Part shown: in pieces, positions 53,894 to 63,295 of the stretch
Layout of the letters: each line of letters opens with the position of its first letter
Numbering within the stretch: position 1 is the stretch's first letter
DNA from: an uncultured Acidobacteriaceae bacterium
Lineage (GTDB): Bacteria > Acidobacteriota > Terriglobia > Terriglobales > Acidobacteriaceae
DNA length: 64,000 bases
Assembly (NCBI GenBank): GCA_963710875.1
Contig: CAVQBW010000005.1
Span: 272,577 to 336,576, forward strand
Direction: 5' to 3'
Notes under the pieces: model-generated
What the model saw: only the letters and a program-made list of their open reading frames with translations
Told to the model about the DNA's origin: nothing
Database searches by the model: none
Made by a program: the position numbers and the translations under genes

Positions 53894-55540
53894 ATGCTTC
53901 GTTTTCCCTGCATCTCCGCCGCCCTCGTCGTGGCGTCTCTTCTCTTTGCGCCTGCTTTGGTTAGAGCCGCCGACAAGCCTGCCGCAGACAAACCTGCCGA
54001 CAAAAGCGCTGAAAAGTCCGATGAGAAGGCTCCCCCGGCCGATGTGACCACCGAGGGCACGATCGATGCCGGCGGACAGAAGATTGCCTATACCGCCATC
54101 GCCGGCACGCTGGTCGTGGGCTCGACCGATGCGCAGGACGCACAGTTGGGGCTGGACGGAAAGCCACAACCCGGCAGTCAGCTTGCCTTGGACGAACCTA
54201 AGGAGCCAAAAGACGCAACCCCCATGGCACGTATGTCTTACGTGGCTTACTTCATGAAAGACACGAAGGCTGAAGATCGGCCTGTGACGTTCTTCTACAA
54301 CGGCGGGCCGGGCAGCTCGACAGTTTGGCTGCACATGGGCTCGCTGGGCCCCAAGCATGTGGTGACCAGCGGCGACCAGCACCTGCCGGCCGCCCCCTAC
54401 AAACTCGTGGACAACCCCTACTCCTTGCTCGATACCAGCGATCTGGTTTTTGTCGATATGCCCGGCACCGGCTTCGGCCGCCTCACGGGCAAAGACGCGG
54501 GAAAGGCTTTTTGGGGCGTGGATGAAGACGCCAACGCTTTTGCGCGCTTCATTCAACGTTTCATCACCAAGTACAACCGCTGGAACTCGCCCAAGTACAT
54601 CTTTGGCGAGAGCTACGGCACCACGCGCTCGGCGCTCCTGGCCAACATTCTGGAGAACGACAAGAGCATCGATTTGAACGGCGTCATCCTGCTCTCGCAG
54701 ATCTTCAACTTCACCACGGACATCGACGATCCCAACGTCAACCCCGGCGTGGACCTGCCCTACATGCTGGCGCTGCCCACCTATGCCGCCACTGCCTGGT
54801 ACCACAAGAAGCTGCCGCAGCAGCCGGCGGCGCTTGAGCCCTTCCTGAAAGAGGTGGAAGAGTATGCCATGGGTCCGTACTCCCACGCGCTCGCCGTGGG
54901 CACCGACCTGAGCAGCGAAGAAAAGCAGCAAGTGGCCGAAAAGCTGCACGAATACACTGGCCTCCCGGTGGCCTACCTGCTCAAAGCCAATCTGCGGGTA
55001 AACGGCGGCGAGTTTGAAAAGACCCTGCAGGATGACCAGGATCTGACCACCGGCCGGCTCGATACGCGCTTCTCCGGCCCCACGCTCGACGCGCTCAGCC
55101 AATATGCCGAGTACGATCCGCAAAGTTCGGCCATCTCGTCGGCTTACGTCGCGCTCTTCAACGACTATGTGCGCCGCGACCTGAAGTATGGAGAGGGTCA
55201 GACCTATCTGCCCGAGGCGCTCTTTGCCGGAGCGCATTGGGATTGGGTGCACCACGGCAACCCCATCGGCCTGAATGTCGCCAACGACCTGGCCGCCGCG
55301 CTCAAGACCGATCCTCGGCTGAAGATCATGGTCAACGGCGGCTACTACGACCTGGCGACGCCCTTCTTCGCAGCCCAGTACGAAGACAAGCACCTGCCCA
55401 TTCCCGAGTCGCTGGCCAAGAACATTGAGTACGACTGGTACGAGTCCGGGCACATGGTCTACGTGCGCGACGAGTGCCTCAAGCAGTTGCACGACCGGGT
55501 TGCCGCGTTCATCAAGAACACGCAGGCGGAGAGCAAGTAG
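53894..55540 (+). CDS. S10 family serine carboxypeptidase (secreted)
   Basis: NGGPGSS, GESYG, GYYDLATP and ESGHMVY motifs; signal peptide. Confidence 0.92.
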   Translation: MLRFPCISAALVVASLLFAPALVRAADKPAADKPADKSAEKSDEKAPPADVTTEGTIDAGGQKIAYTAIAGTLVVGSTDAQDAQLGLDGKPQPGSQLALDEPKEPKDATPMARMSYVAYFMKDTKAEDRPVTFFYNGGPGSSTVWLHMGSLGPKHVVTSGDQHLPAAPYKLVDNPYSLLDTSDLVFVDMPGTGFGRLTGKDAGKAFWGVDEDANAFARFIQRFITKYNRWNSPKYIFGESYGTTRSALLANILENDKSIDLNGVILLSQIFNFTTDIDDPNVNPGVDLPYMLALPTYAATAWYHKKLPQQPAALEPFLKEVEEYAMGPYSHALAVGTDLSSEEKQQVAEKLHEYTGLPVAYLLKANLRVNGGEFEKTLQDDQDLTTGRLDTRFSGPTLDALSQYAEYDPQSSAISSAYVALFNDYVRRDLKYGEGQTYLPEALFAGAHWDWVHHGNPIGLNVANDLAAALKTDPRLKIMVNGGYYDLATPFFAAQYEDKHLPIPESLAKNIEYDWYESGHMVYVRDECLKQLHDRVAAFIKNTQAESK

Positions 55541-55569
55541 GCATATCTCATCCGATTGGCGAACGGCCG

Positions 55570-55989
55570 CTACAGAAGGTCGGTAGCCCAATTCGCGATT
55601 GCGTGAAGATCATCCACCTGAGCGAATGCTTTGTCGTTCGTCACCAACACCGCGCCGGTAGCGATGGCATGGGCGGCAATTTGCAAGTCCATATTTTCGA
55701 GGGTCTTGCCCGAGGACTCCAGCTTTGCTCTGAGCGCTCCATAGGCCTTGGCCTCATCGCGGCCCCACGGCAGCACCTTCACAGCGGCGAGAAACCATTC
55801 TATGCGTTCATGCAACAGGGTTGCTTCAGGCCTCTTAGCGAGACCATAGCGAATCTCCGCTTCGGTAATCGCCGAAAGACAGACAACCTCATCCTCCCTC
55901 AGGTTGAGCATACGAGTTCGGGCAGCTTTTGAGTGACCCTTGGCGATGTAGCTGACCATATTCGTGTCGAGCATATAGACAGAACTCAT
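55570..55989 (-). CDS. vapC: PIN-domain toxin VapC
   Basis: YMLDTN, ITEAEI and DLQIAAHA...LVTND motifs. Confidence 0.93.
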   Translation of the reverse strand: MSSVYMLDTNMVSYIAKGHSKAARTRMLNLREDEVVCLSAITEAEIRYGLAKRPEATLLHERIEWFLAAVKVLPWGRDEAKAYGALRAKLESSGKTLENMDLQIAAHAIATGAVLVTNDKAFAQVDDLHAIANWATDLL

Positions 55990-56240
55990 AGCTCAGGCCG
56001 TTTTTGGGGAACTCCCTGAGCGCGGTCTGAGAGAGAGAGGAAATCCTCCGGCACTCCTACCTCATCGAGTGCGGCAAAGATCTCTGCCAAGCTCGCCGGC
56101 GCCTGAGAGAGGATCACGTCTCCGCTCCTCGGGTCACGGCGAATGTAAACTTCGCTCGTGGGAAAGCGGAAGTGCGCCGGGATGCGGACAGCCTGACTCC
56201 GTCCACTCATGAAGACCCGGGCTTTTTCAAGTTGCGCCAT
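55986..56240 (-). CDS. vapB: AbrB/SpoVT-type antitoxin VapB
   Basis: KARVFMSGRSQAVRIPAHFRF; 4-nt overlap with vapC. Confidence 0.92.
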   Translation of the reverse strand: MAQLEKARVFMSGRSQAVRIPAHFRFPTSEVYIRRDPRSGDVILSQAPASLAEIFAALDEVGVPEDFLSLSDRAQGVPQKRPEL

Positions 56241-56253
56241 TGTTCACCTCTGC

Positions 56254-56271
56254 CATATAGCATGATATATG
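56254..56271. promoter_or_regulatory. Probable VapBC autoregulatory operator
   Basis: CATATA-gcatga-TATATG palindrome just upstream of the vapB RBS. Confidence 0.6.
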
Positions 56272-56389
56272 ACAAATGAAAAGTCAAGCAGAATACCAGG
56301 GACTAGTGTCCTCAGGAACATCTCTGATGACATGTCAGGTCAGGCGCAATCCTCGACCGGATTTCAACCCGCGCTGTAAACTAGCCAAC

Positions 56390-58090
56390 ATGAAGCGCCT
56401 CGCATTTGCCCTCGCCATGCTGTTCCCAGCCGCTCTCGCCGCGCAATCGTTCTCCGTCACATTCCCCAAGGAAATCAGCGCGCAGCCGCTCGACGGGCGT
56501 CTGCTGCTGTGCCTCTCGACCGACCCCAGCGACGAGCCGCGCAACCAGATCGACGACAGTCCGCGTTCGCAGATGGTCTTTGGCCTGACAGTGGATGGAT
56601 GGAGGCCCGGCCAACCCGCTGTGGTGGACACGAGCGCCTGGGGCTACCCGATCCGCACCCTCAAAAACGTGCCCGCAGGCGAGTACACAGTCCAGGCCGT
56701 GCTGAACAAATACGAAACCTTTCATCGCAGCGACGGTAAGACAGTGAAGCTGCACATGGACCAGGGCGAGGGACAGCTCTGGAATATCTCGCCGGGCAAC
56801 CTGATCTCGAAGCCCATGAAAGTCACGGTCAAGCCGGGCGGCCAATTCTACATCGCGCTCACCGAGGTGATTCCGCCCATCGTTCCGCCGGCCGACACCA
56901 AATACATTCGCCACATCCGCATTCAAAGCGCATTGCTGACCAGATTCTGGGGCCGGCCGATGTTTTTGAGCGCCATCGTGCTGGTTCCCGAAGGCTTTGA
57001 CAACCACCCCAACCCCCACTTCCCGCTGATGGTCTTCCACGACCACTTTGTGGACGGTTTCAGCGACTTTCGCACCACGCCGCCGGACCCCAAGCTCGCG
57101 CCCGACTACAGCGAGCGCTTCCACCTGGCCGGCTACAACCGCATCCAGCAGCAGGAGGCCTACAAGTTCTACCAGCAGTGGATCGCGCCCGGCTTTCCGC
57201 GCTTTCTGGTCGTGAAGCTGCAGCACGCCAATCCTTACTACGACGACTCCTACGCCGTGAACTCGGCCAACGTGGGTCCCTATGGCGACGCCATCGAGAC
57301 GGAGCTGATTCCGGCCATCGAGAAGCAGTTTCGCGCCATCGGCCAGGGTTGGGCGCACTTCACTTACGGCGGTTCGACCGGCGGCTGGGAGGCGCTGGCC
57401 GTGCAGATCTTTTATCCCGACCACTACAACGGCGCGTTTGCCGCCTGCCCGGACCCGATCGACTTCCACGCCTTCACCAACATCGATCTCTACAACGACG
57501 AGAACGCCTTCTATCTTGAAGGCGCGCACAAGCGGGTTGCGCAGCCGGCGATGCGCGACTACCTGGGCCACACATTCATCACTACCGAGGAGATCAACGC
57601 CTACGAACTGGCCTTGGGCGATCATGGCCGTAGCGGCGAGCAGTTCGACATCTGGCAGGCGGTCTACGGGCCGGTGGGCGCCGACGGCTATCCGCAGCCG
57701 ATCTTCGACAAGGTGACGGGCGAGATCGATCACGGCGTGGCCGCATACTGGCGCCAGCATTACGACCTGGAAGGGATTCTGGAGCGGAATTGGACGAAGC
57801 TGGGCCCCGAGTTGGAGGGCAAGATTCACATCTACGTGGGTTCCGACGACACCTACTTCCTGAACGACGCCGTCTATCGCATGGAGGATTTTCTCGACTC
57901 GACCAACGCTCCACCCTACGGCGGCGAAGTGGCCTACGGGTCGCGCGCCGAGCACTGCTGGAATGGCGACCCCACGCTGCCCAACGCCTGGTCTCGCCTG
58001 CACTACGAGACGCAGTACCTGCCCCGGATCCTCGCGCGCATCGAGGACACTGCGCCCAAGGGAGCCGACCTGACCAGTTGGCGCTATTAA
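56390..58090 (+). CDS. Secreted alpha/beta-hydrolase (putative esterase family)
   Basis: Signal peptide MKRLAFALAMLFPAALAA, nucleophile elbow GGSTGG, VGSDD and AEHCW; start reassigned to ATG 56390. Confidence 0.82.
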   Translation: MKRLAFALAMLFPAALAAQSFSVTFPKEISAQPLDGRLLLCLSTDPSDEPRNQIDDSPRSQMVFGLTVDGWRPGQPAVVDTSAWGYPIRTLKNVPAGEYTVQAVLNKYETFHRSDGKTVKLHMDQGEGQLWNISPGNLISKPMKVTVKPGGQFYIALTEVIPPIVPPADTKYIRHIRIQSALLTRFWGRPMFLSAIVLVPEGFDNHPNPHFPLMVFHDHFVDGFSDFRTTPPDPKLAPDYSERFHLAGYNRIQQQEAYKFYQQWIAPGFPRFLVVKLQHANPYYDDSYAVNSANVGPYGDAIETELIPAIEKQFRAIGQGWAHFTYGGSTGGWEALAVQIFYPDHYNGAFAACPDPIDFHAFTNIDLYNDENAFYLEGAHKRVAQPAMRDYLGHTFITTEEINAYELALGDHGRSGEQFDIWQAVYGPVGADGYPQPIFDKVTGEIDHGVAAYWRQHYDLEGILERNWTKLGPELEGKIHIYVGSDDTYFLNDAVYRMEDFLDSTNAPPYGGEVAYGSRAEHCWNGDPTLPNAWSRLHYETQYLPRILARIEDTAPKGADLTSWRY

Positions 58091-58656
58091 CTGGCCCTTG
58101 GGACCCGGCTTCCACGCCCCACTTCCGGGCAAGCAGAGGGCAAGTTGCTGATTGCGCTCACGGAATCCAGCCGCTTCTGGTAGGTCAGCCCCGCCAGGCC
58201 CTGGGGATAAAAGTTCTCTTTCCGGCCCTGGCAGCAGTAGCCTTGCGCCTCATAGAGCCGGATGGCGCCCCTGTTTTCAGCCTCCACGTGAAGCCACATC
58301 AGCGCGGCGCCGGCCTCTCTCGCGGAACCCTCGATCCGGTTAAGCAGTTCCCGGCCAACGCCATGGCGGCGGGCTTCCGGAGCGACTTCGATGGTCTGAA
58401 TGTACGCCGTGATTTCGGTCTTTCGTCCCAACGGCGAAAGCCTGTCACCGAGGACCCCGTTCTTTCGCTGCGTCCACTCGACAACCGCAAAGCCGGTCAT
58501 TTGTCCATTCTCTTCTGCAATCCAGGTGGCGGAATTGGGCCGTTGGACAAGCGCCCTCATGGTCCGGCGGCTAAAACGGAAGGGCGGCTCGAAGCAAAGC
58601 ACTTCAAGCGCGTACAGCCGGTCGAAGTCCTCGTCGTTGTAAAGGCGGTAGATCAC
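58087..58656 (-). CDS. GNAT N-acetyltransferase (RimI-like)
   Basis: IEVAPEARRHGVGRELL and LHVEAENRGAIRLYEAQGY motifs. Confidence 0.9.
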   Translation of the reverse strand: MIYRLYNDEDFDRLYALEVLCFEPPFRFSRRTMRALVQRPNSATWIAEENGQMTGFAVVEWTQRKNGVLGDRLSPLGRKTEITAYIQTIEVAPEARRHGVGRELLNRIEGSAREAGAALMWLHVEAENRGAIRLYEAQGYCCQGRKENFYPQGLAGLTYQKRLDSVSAISNLPSACPEVGRGSRVPRAS

Positions 58657-58678
58657 AGTTCAACTCGATGGCAGACAG

Positions 58679-58723
58679 AAAGCAGGAAGCCACCCACTTT
58701 GTTAGAGGATGGCTTCCTGCTTT
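58679..58723 (-). terminator. Intrinsic terminator of the PFK gene
   Basis: 14-bp stem AAAGCAGGAAGCCA/TGGCTTCCTGCTTT; on the minus strand it is followed by TTTCTG. Confidence 0.7.
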
Positions 58724-58788
58724 GCGATTCTATAGGTTGTCTCCCGGCCTCTGGCCGCCAAAACAGATGTGTGGCGAGAGAGAAGGCG

Positions 58789-59826
58789 CTAGACCTTCGC
58801 TTCCAGGTCGGCAATCACGTCGAAGAAACGCTGGTCGAGGCGCCTATTGGTCGCGATGGCTTCCTTGATAGTGATGTCGGTGATGTCCAGGCCCCTGAGC
58901 ACGGCGATGCGGCCCCACTTCTTGTCGTGGACCATGTCGATGGCGTGCAGGCCGTAGCGTTGTCCGAGAATGCGGTCAAAAGCCGTGGGAACGCCGCCGC
59001 GCTGGGTATGGCCCAGGTTAACCGAGCGGGTCTCATAGCCGGTCTTCTCCTCGATCAGGTCAGCCAGAGCCTCGCCGATGCCGGAGAGACGCGCATGTCC
59101 GAAAGAATCCAGTTTGGCTTTTTCGTTGACAACCTGACCGACCTTGGGCAATTTGGCGCCCTCTGAAACCACCACCAGGCCGTAATGCTTTCCGCTGTCG
59201 TAGTTGTGCTTGAGCAGCTTGCAGACGTGGTCGATGTCGATCTCTTTTTCGGGAACCAGAGTGACATCGGCGCCACCGGCAACACCGGCGGCATAAGCGA
59301 TCCAGCCGGCGTCGCGTCCCATCACTTCGATCACGATCACGCGATTGTGCGAGTCGGCGGTGGTGCGGATGCGGTCCACGGCCTCGGTGGCGATCATGAC
59401 GGCCGTGTCGAAACCAAACGTCTGATCCGTCCCGCTGAGGTCGTTGTCGATGGTCTTGGGCACGCCCACGCTGGGCATGCCGTGCTCGCTCAGAAACAGC
59501 GTTACCGACTGGGTATCGTCGCCGCCCAGAGCGATCAAGGCGTCTAGTTTGTTGGCCTTGAAGACCTCCTGCACCTTCTCAATCCCGCCGGGAATCTTCT
59601 TCAGGTTGGTGCGCGAGGAGTGCAGAATGGTGCCGCCCTGCAACTGAATGCCGTCGATAGTCTCCAGGGTGAGCGGAATGAAGCTGTTGTCCAGCACGCC
59701 GCGCCAGCCGTTGAGGAAGCCGATGAACTCATCGCCATAGTGGTTGATGCCCTTGCGCACGGCCGCGTAGATCACCGCATTCAGTCCGGGGCAGTCGCCG
59801 CCGCCGGTCAACAAAGCAACTCGCAT
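58789..59826 (-). CDS. pfkA: 6-phosphofructokinase, PPi-dependent signature
   Basis: TGGGDCPGLN, GGDD, PKTIDND, EVMGR and LGHTQRGG motifs. Confidence 0.93.
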   Translation of the reverse strand: MRVALLTGGGDCPGLNAVIYAAVRKGINHYGDEFIGFLNGWRGVLDNSFIPLTLETIDGIQLQGGTILHSSRTNLKKIPGGIEKVQEVFKANKLDALIALGGDDTQSVTLFLSEHGMPSVGVPKTIDNDLSGTDQTFGFDTAVMIATEAVDRIRTTADSHNRVIVIEVMGRDAGWIAYAAGVAGGADVTLVPEKEIDIDHVCKLLKHNYDSGKHYGLVVVSEGAKLPKVGQVVNEKAKLDSFGHARLSGIGEALADLIEEKTGYETRSVNLGHTQRGGVPTAFDRILGQRYGLHAIDMVHDKKWGRIAVLRGLDITDITIKEAIATNRRLDQRFFDVIADLEAKV

Positions 59827-60022
59827 CGTAAAATCTCCTGATCGAAGGCGCGGCTTTCAGTGCCGGGCCGGAAGTCTGTCGTGGATTTTGGGTCCAGAAC
59901 GCGGCTATTGCCGGTCTCAACGCCTTGATCAGTCTACTCTACCGCTGTAAAGACAAATCGTGACCCCGCTCACGCGCTTCTGGCTGGGGAACACAAATAC
60001 ACGGTTCAAAGAACATCATATT

Positions 60023-60040
60023 TATCACTATTTGGTGATA
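60023..60040. promoter_or_regulatory. Probable operator of the second vapBC, overlapping a TAGAAT -10 box
   Basis: TATCAC-tatttg-GTGATA palindrome; TAGAAT at 60039-60044. Confidence 0.6.
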
Positions 60041-60063
60041 GAATAGGTGATATGGAGGTTTCT

Positions 60064-60261
60064 ATGAGAGCAACAGTAGCACTCGATGACGAGTTGGTAC
60101 GCAAGGCTCAAGAGCTCTCGGGCGTAAGGGAGAGAACAGCCCTGCTCCGGGATGCCTTGAAGGCGTTGATTCACCTTGAGGCTTCGCGCAGGCTCGCGGC
60201 AGTTGGGGGCACGGAACCGGGTTTAAAACACATCAAGCGAGTAAGAGCTGACAACCTGTGA
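60064..60261 (+). CDS. vapB: VapB-family antitoxin (RHH-like)
   Basis: MRATVALDDELVRKAQELSG...ALKALI; GGAGG RBS supports ATG 60064; overlaps the PIN gene. Confidence 0.88.
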   Translation: MRATVALDDELVRKAQELSGVRERTALLRDALKALIHLEASRRLAAVGGTEPGLKHIKRVRADNL

Positions 60262-60626
60262 TTCTGGCCGACACATCCATCTGGATAGATCATCTTCGGG
60301 ACCGCAACACGAAGATGGAGACTCTCCTGGGCCGGGGAGAGATCGTGATGCACCCCTTTATCGTCGCGGAGATTGCCCTTGGCTCTCTGCGCAACCGGCA
60401 AGAGAGGCTTGAAGAACTGGAAACGCTGCTTGAAGTAAGAGTGGCCAAGCTCAACGAAGTGCGGCACATGATTGAGGCTCACTCGCTCTATTCAAGGGGC
60501 ATTGGCCTTACGGACGCGCATCTGATCGCGTCCTGCCTGCTTACGCCGGGAACGCAATTGTGGACGCGCGACGCCGCCTTGCATAAAGTGGCCAAGACCC
60601 TGGCAATCCACGTCAATCTCCCTTGA
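60258..60626 (+). CDS. vapC: PIN-domain toxin VapC
   Basis: ILADTSIWIDHLR, HPFIVAEIALG, IGLTDAHL and LWTRD motifs. Confidence 0.92.
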   Translation: MILADTSIWIDHLRDRNTKMETLLGRGEIVMHPFIVAEIALGSLRNRQERLEELETLLEVRVAKLNEVRHMIEAHSLYSRGIGLTDAHLIASCLLTPGTQLWTRDAALHKVAKTLAIHVNLP

Positions 60627-60686
60627 GAACGGGCGCTGCCTCGGCAATTCTTGGAAAGAAGACGCCGCAAAGTGCTTCAATAAGAT

Positions 60687-61343
60687 ATGCCCGGAACCGG
60701 TGCGCTGATCTTGCTGGCCTTCGCCAGCCTTGTTGTTGTCCTGCTGCTGATCCTGCTGCAGTTGACGCGGCTGGGCTTTCTCGTCCGCGCCACCATCCCC
60801 GACCGGCCGCGACGGCGCATGTTCATTGCGTCGGTCTCCTTCCTGGTTACATTCGTGGGGGTTCGCGTCCTGGTCCACCGCATCGTGAACCATGAAGGTC
60901 ATTTTCAGTGGGTGATGATTCATGGAAGGCACATCCACCACCTGGTCTGGGGGATTCTGATCCTGCTGCTGGTCGGTTACGGCTGGCTGATGGACCTGGG
61001 CCGGTCTCACTCGCCGGTGTCGATCTTTTTCAGCCGGCTGATGTCGGTGGGCTACGGCGTGGGCGCGGCGCTGACTCTGGATGAGTTTTCCATTTGGCTG
61101 GATCTTGACCCGGACGCTTACTGGTCCCACGGGCGGCTCAGCATCGACGCCGTCATACTCTTCGGCAGCCTGCTGGCCGTGGGCGCATGGGGCGCGCCGT
61201 TCTTCCGCGGCCTGGGCCGCATGTGGAGCGAGCGCGGGCTCTATGGCAGAGGAATTGGCCGGGGCCTGGCATTTCCTATTCGCCGCGCGCGGTTGCTTCG
61301 TCCGCGTAAAGTGCGTCGATCAGGGCCGCGTATTGCTCCGTGA
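60687..61343 (+). CDS. Integral membrane hypothetical protein with an HIHH motif
   Basis: About 5 TM segments; RHIHHLVWG and LTLDEF; the 3' end overlaps the convergent ligase by 68 nt. Confidence 0.7.
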   Translation: MPGTGALILLAFASLVVVLLLILLQLTRLGFLVRATIPDRPRRRMFIASVSFLVTFVGVRVLVHRIVNHEGHFQWVMIHGRHIHHLVWGILILLLVGYGWLMDLGRSHSPVSIFFSRLMSVGYGVGAALTLDEFSIWLDLDPDAYWSHGRLSIDAVILFGSLLAVGAWGAPFFRGLGRMWSERGLYGRGIGRGLAFPIRRARLLRPRKVRRSGPRIAP

Positions 61344-63081
61344 TGACCCGCCGCTTCAGCTTCATGGAGGGTGTCAGCTCGCCCGTCTCCTGCGACCACT
61401 CGTCGGCCACCACGCGAAAGCGCTTCAGGCTTTCGAAGTTGGCCAGGCTGCCGTTCACCTCCCGCACGATCTCTGCGTAGAGGGCAACCACGCTGCTGTC
61501 GGAGACCAGTTCGGCCCGGTCCTTTGCCTCGACGCCGTGGCGCGTGGCCCACTCCTCCAACGCCGTAAAGTTAGGTGAGAGGATGGCCGAGATGAACTTG
61601 TGCCGGTCGCCCACCAAAGCGGCCTGGGCCACCAGGATATTGTTCTTGAGCTTGTTCTCGATCGGCTGCGGCGCCACCATCTTGCCCCCCGAGGTCTTAA
61701 GCAACTCCTTCTTGCGATCGGTAATGTAGAGGAAGCCCTCCGCATCCATGTGGCCGATGTCGCCGGTGCGAAACCAGCCCTCAGGGTCCATGCATTCAGC
61801 CGTCATAGCCGGTTTGTTCCAATAGCCCGAGAAGACCGAGGGTCCGCGCACCAGCAACTCGCCATCCTTGGCCAGCTTCAGCTCGATATTGGGCATGGGC
61901 ATTCCTACCGCGCCCATGCGATGGGTAAGCGGCGTGTTGAGAGCGATCACCGGCGAGGTCTCGGTCAGCCCATATCCTTCCCAGAGAGCAATTCCCACCG
62001 AGGCGAACCATTTTGCCGTGTCGATGCCCAGCGGTGCGCCTCCGACCACAAAGATTCTCACTCGCCCGCCAAAGGCCTCGCGCACCTTCGAATAAGCCAG
62101 TTTGCTGGCCAGCTTCCACATCCTCGACGCGGGCTGGCGGCCGTCGTAGACGGTGTCGCTGTGTTTGCTGCCCACCCCAATCGCCCAGGCGATAATCCGC
62201 CTCTTGATCGGCGAAAGCGCGGCGCGGCGTTCCACCTCCTGCCGAATCTTCTCGAAGACGCGCGGCACGCCCACAAAGACCGTCGGCCGGACCTCGCGCA
62301 TGGCCTCGGGCAGCTTGTCGAACTTGGAACAATAAGCGACCTGCGCTCCGCTGGTGTACATCACGTAGTCCAGCGCCCGGGCCGTGATGTGCGAGAGAGG
62401 CAAAAAGGAGATGCAGGCGTCGGCCGGGGTAAATCCGAAATCGGCGGCGGCGACATTTTGATTCGCTGCGATGTTGCCGTGCGTGAGCGCCACGCCCTTC
62501 GGCTCGCCGGTGGTTCCGGAGGTGTAGATCAGCGTGGCCAGGTCCGTGGGCTCGATCGAGCGAGCCAGCGCATCGAAGACCGGGTCGCGTTCGGCGGCGC
62601 GATCGTCGGCCTTCGCCAGCACCTCGCTGAATGCGACCGCCCCCGATGGCGCCGCAGCGGAGTCCATGATCAGGATGCGATCGAGCGGAGTCTGCCCGCG
62701 CACCGCGTTCAGCTTGTCGAACTGCTGGCGGGTCGAAACAATCGCAATCCGGCAGCCGGCGTCATGCACCAGCGCGGCGATCTGCTCGCCGGTCAGTGTT
62801 GGGTAGATGGGCACATTCACCGCGCCTATGGCCAGCACGGCGAAGTCGCTGACAGCCCACTCCCAGCGGTTTTCGGCGATCAGAGCGATGCGCTCGCCCT
62901 TTCGCGCCCCCCAACCGAGAAGCGCCTGAGCCAGGGCGCGGACCCGCTGGTAGATCTGATCGGAGGAGATGGGCTGCCACTGGCCGAACTCGTCCTGCCA
63001 GAGGATGGCGCGTGGATTGCCTGCCGCCGCAACGCGGCAGAACAGGTCGTTGATGGTTAGCAGTGGAGGGTTCTCTGTCAT
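61276..63081 (-). CDS. Long-chain fatty acid--CoA ligase (AMP-dependent synthetase)
   Basis: YTSGTTGEPKG, GYGLTET, FRTGDIG and DRKKEL motifs; start reassigned to MTENPP. Confidence 0.92.
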   Translation of the reverse strand: MTENPPLLTINDLFCRVAAAGNPRAILWQDEFGQWQPISSDQIYQRVRALAQALLGWGARKGERIALIAENRWEWAVSDFAVLAIGAVNVPIYPTLTGEQIAALVHDAGCRIAIVSTRQQFDKLNAVRGQTPLDRILIMDSAAAPSGAVAFSEVLAKADDRAAERDPVFDALARSIEPTDLATLIYTSGTTGEPKGVALTHGNIAANQNVAAADFGFTPADACISFLPLSHITARALDYVMYTSGAQVAYCSKFDKLPEAMREVRPTVFVGVPRVFEKIRQEVERRAALSPIKRRIIAWAIGVGSKHSDTVYDGRQPASRMWKLASKLAYSKVREAFGGRVRIFVVGGAPLGIDTAKWFASVGIALWEGYGLTETSPVIALNTPLTHRMGAVGMPMPNIELKLAKDGELLVRGPSVFSGYWNKPAMTAECMDPEGWFRTGDIGHMDAEGFLYITDRKKELLKTSGGKMVAPQPIENKLKNNILVAQAALVGDRHKFISAILSPNFTALEEWATRHGVEAKDRAELVSDSSVVALYAEIVREVNGSLANFESLKRFRVVADEWSQETGELTPSMKLKRRVITEQYAALIDALYADEATARGE

Positions 63082-63125
63082 CTTGAGTCGAATGGGGCGC
63101 GTGGAGATTCGCCATCCCCGATCAC
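63078..63125 (-). other. Candidate leaderless 15-aa upstream ORF coupled to the acyl-CoA ligase
   Basis: TGTTACACT, 6 nt, GTG ATC GGG ... AGA TGA; its TGA overlaps the ligase ATG (ATGA). Confidence 0.4.
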
Positions 63126-63204
63126 TACGAGAGTGTAACAGCGCGGAGCAGCCAAGGTCGCAGGGAATTTGTTTGCCCTGCAAATCGCTTCGCGAGCCCC
63201 CATT

Positions 63205-63243
63205 CTTGCATACTTATACAGATCTGATGTATATTTATACGGG
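63205..63243. promoter_or_regulatory. Tandem ARG boxes
   Basis: Cores TGCATACTTATACA (63207-63220) and TGTATATTTATACG (63228-63241) form two 18-bp boxes 3 bp apart upstream of argR. Confidence 0.8.
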
Positions 63244-63295
63244 TGCGGCTGATCCGCTGCGAGGCGCGCCATTTTTATTTGTCGGGAAACGGTGA

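Noticed and set aside
53753-58132. Long antisense ORFs (53753-55591 and 56381-58132 on the minus strand; similar shadows over ileS, fliF, miaB, the ABC genes and the acyl-CoA ligase)
   Set aside because: They mirror well-supported genes on the other strand; high GC3 suppresses antisense stops, and the translations have no motifs.
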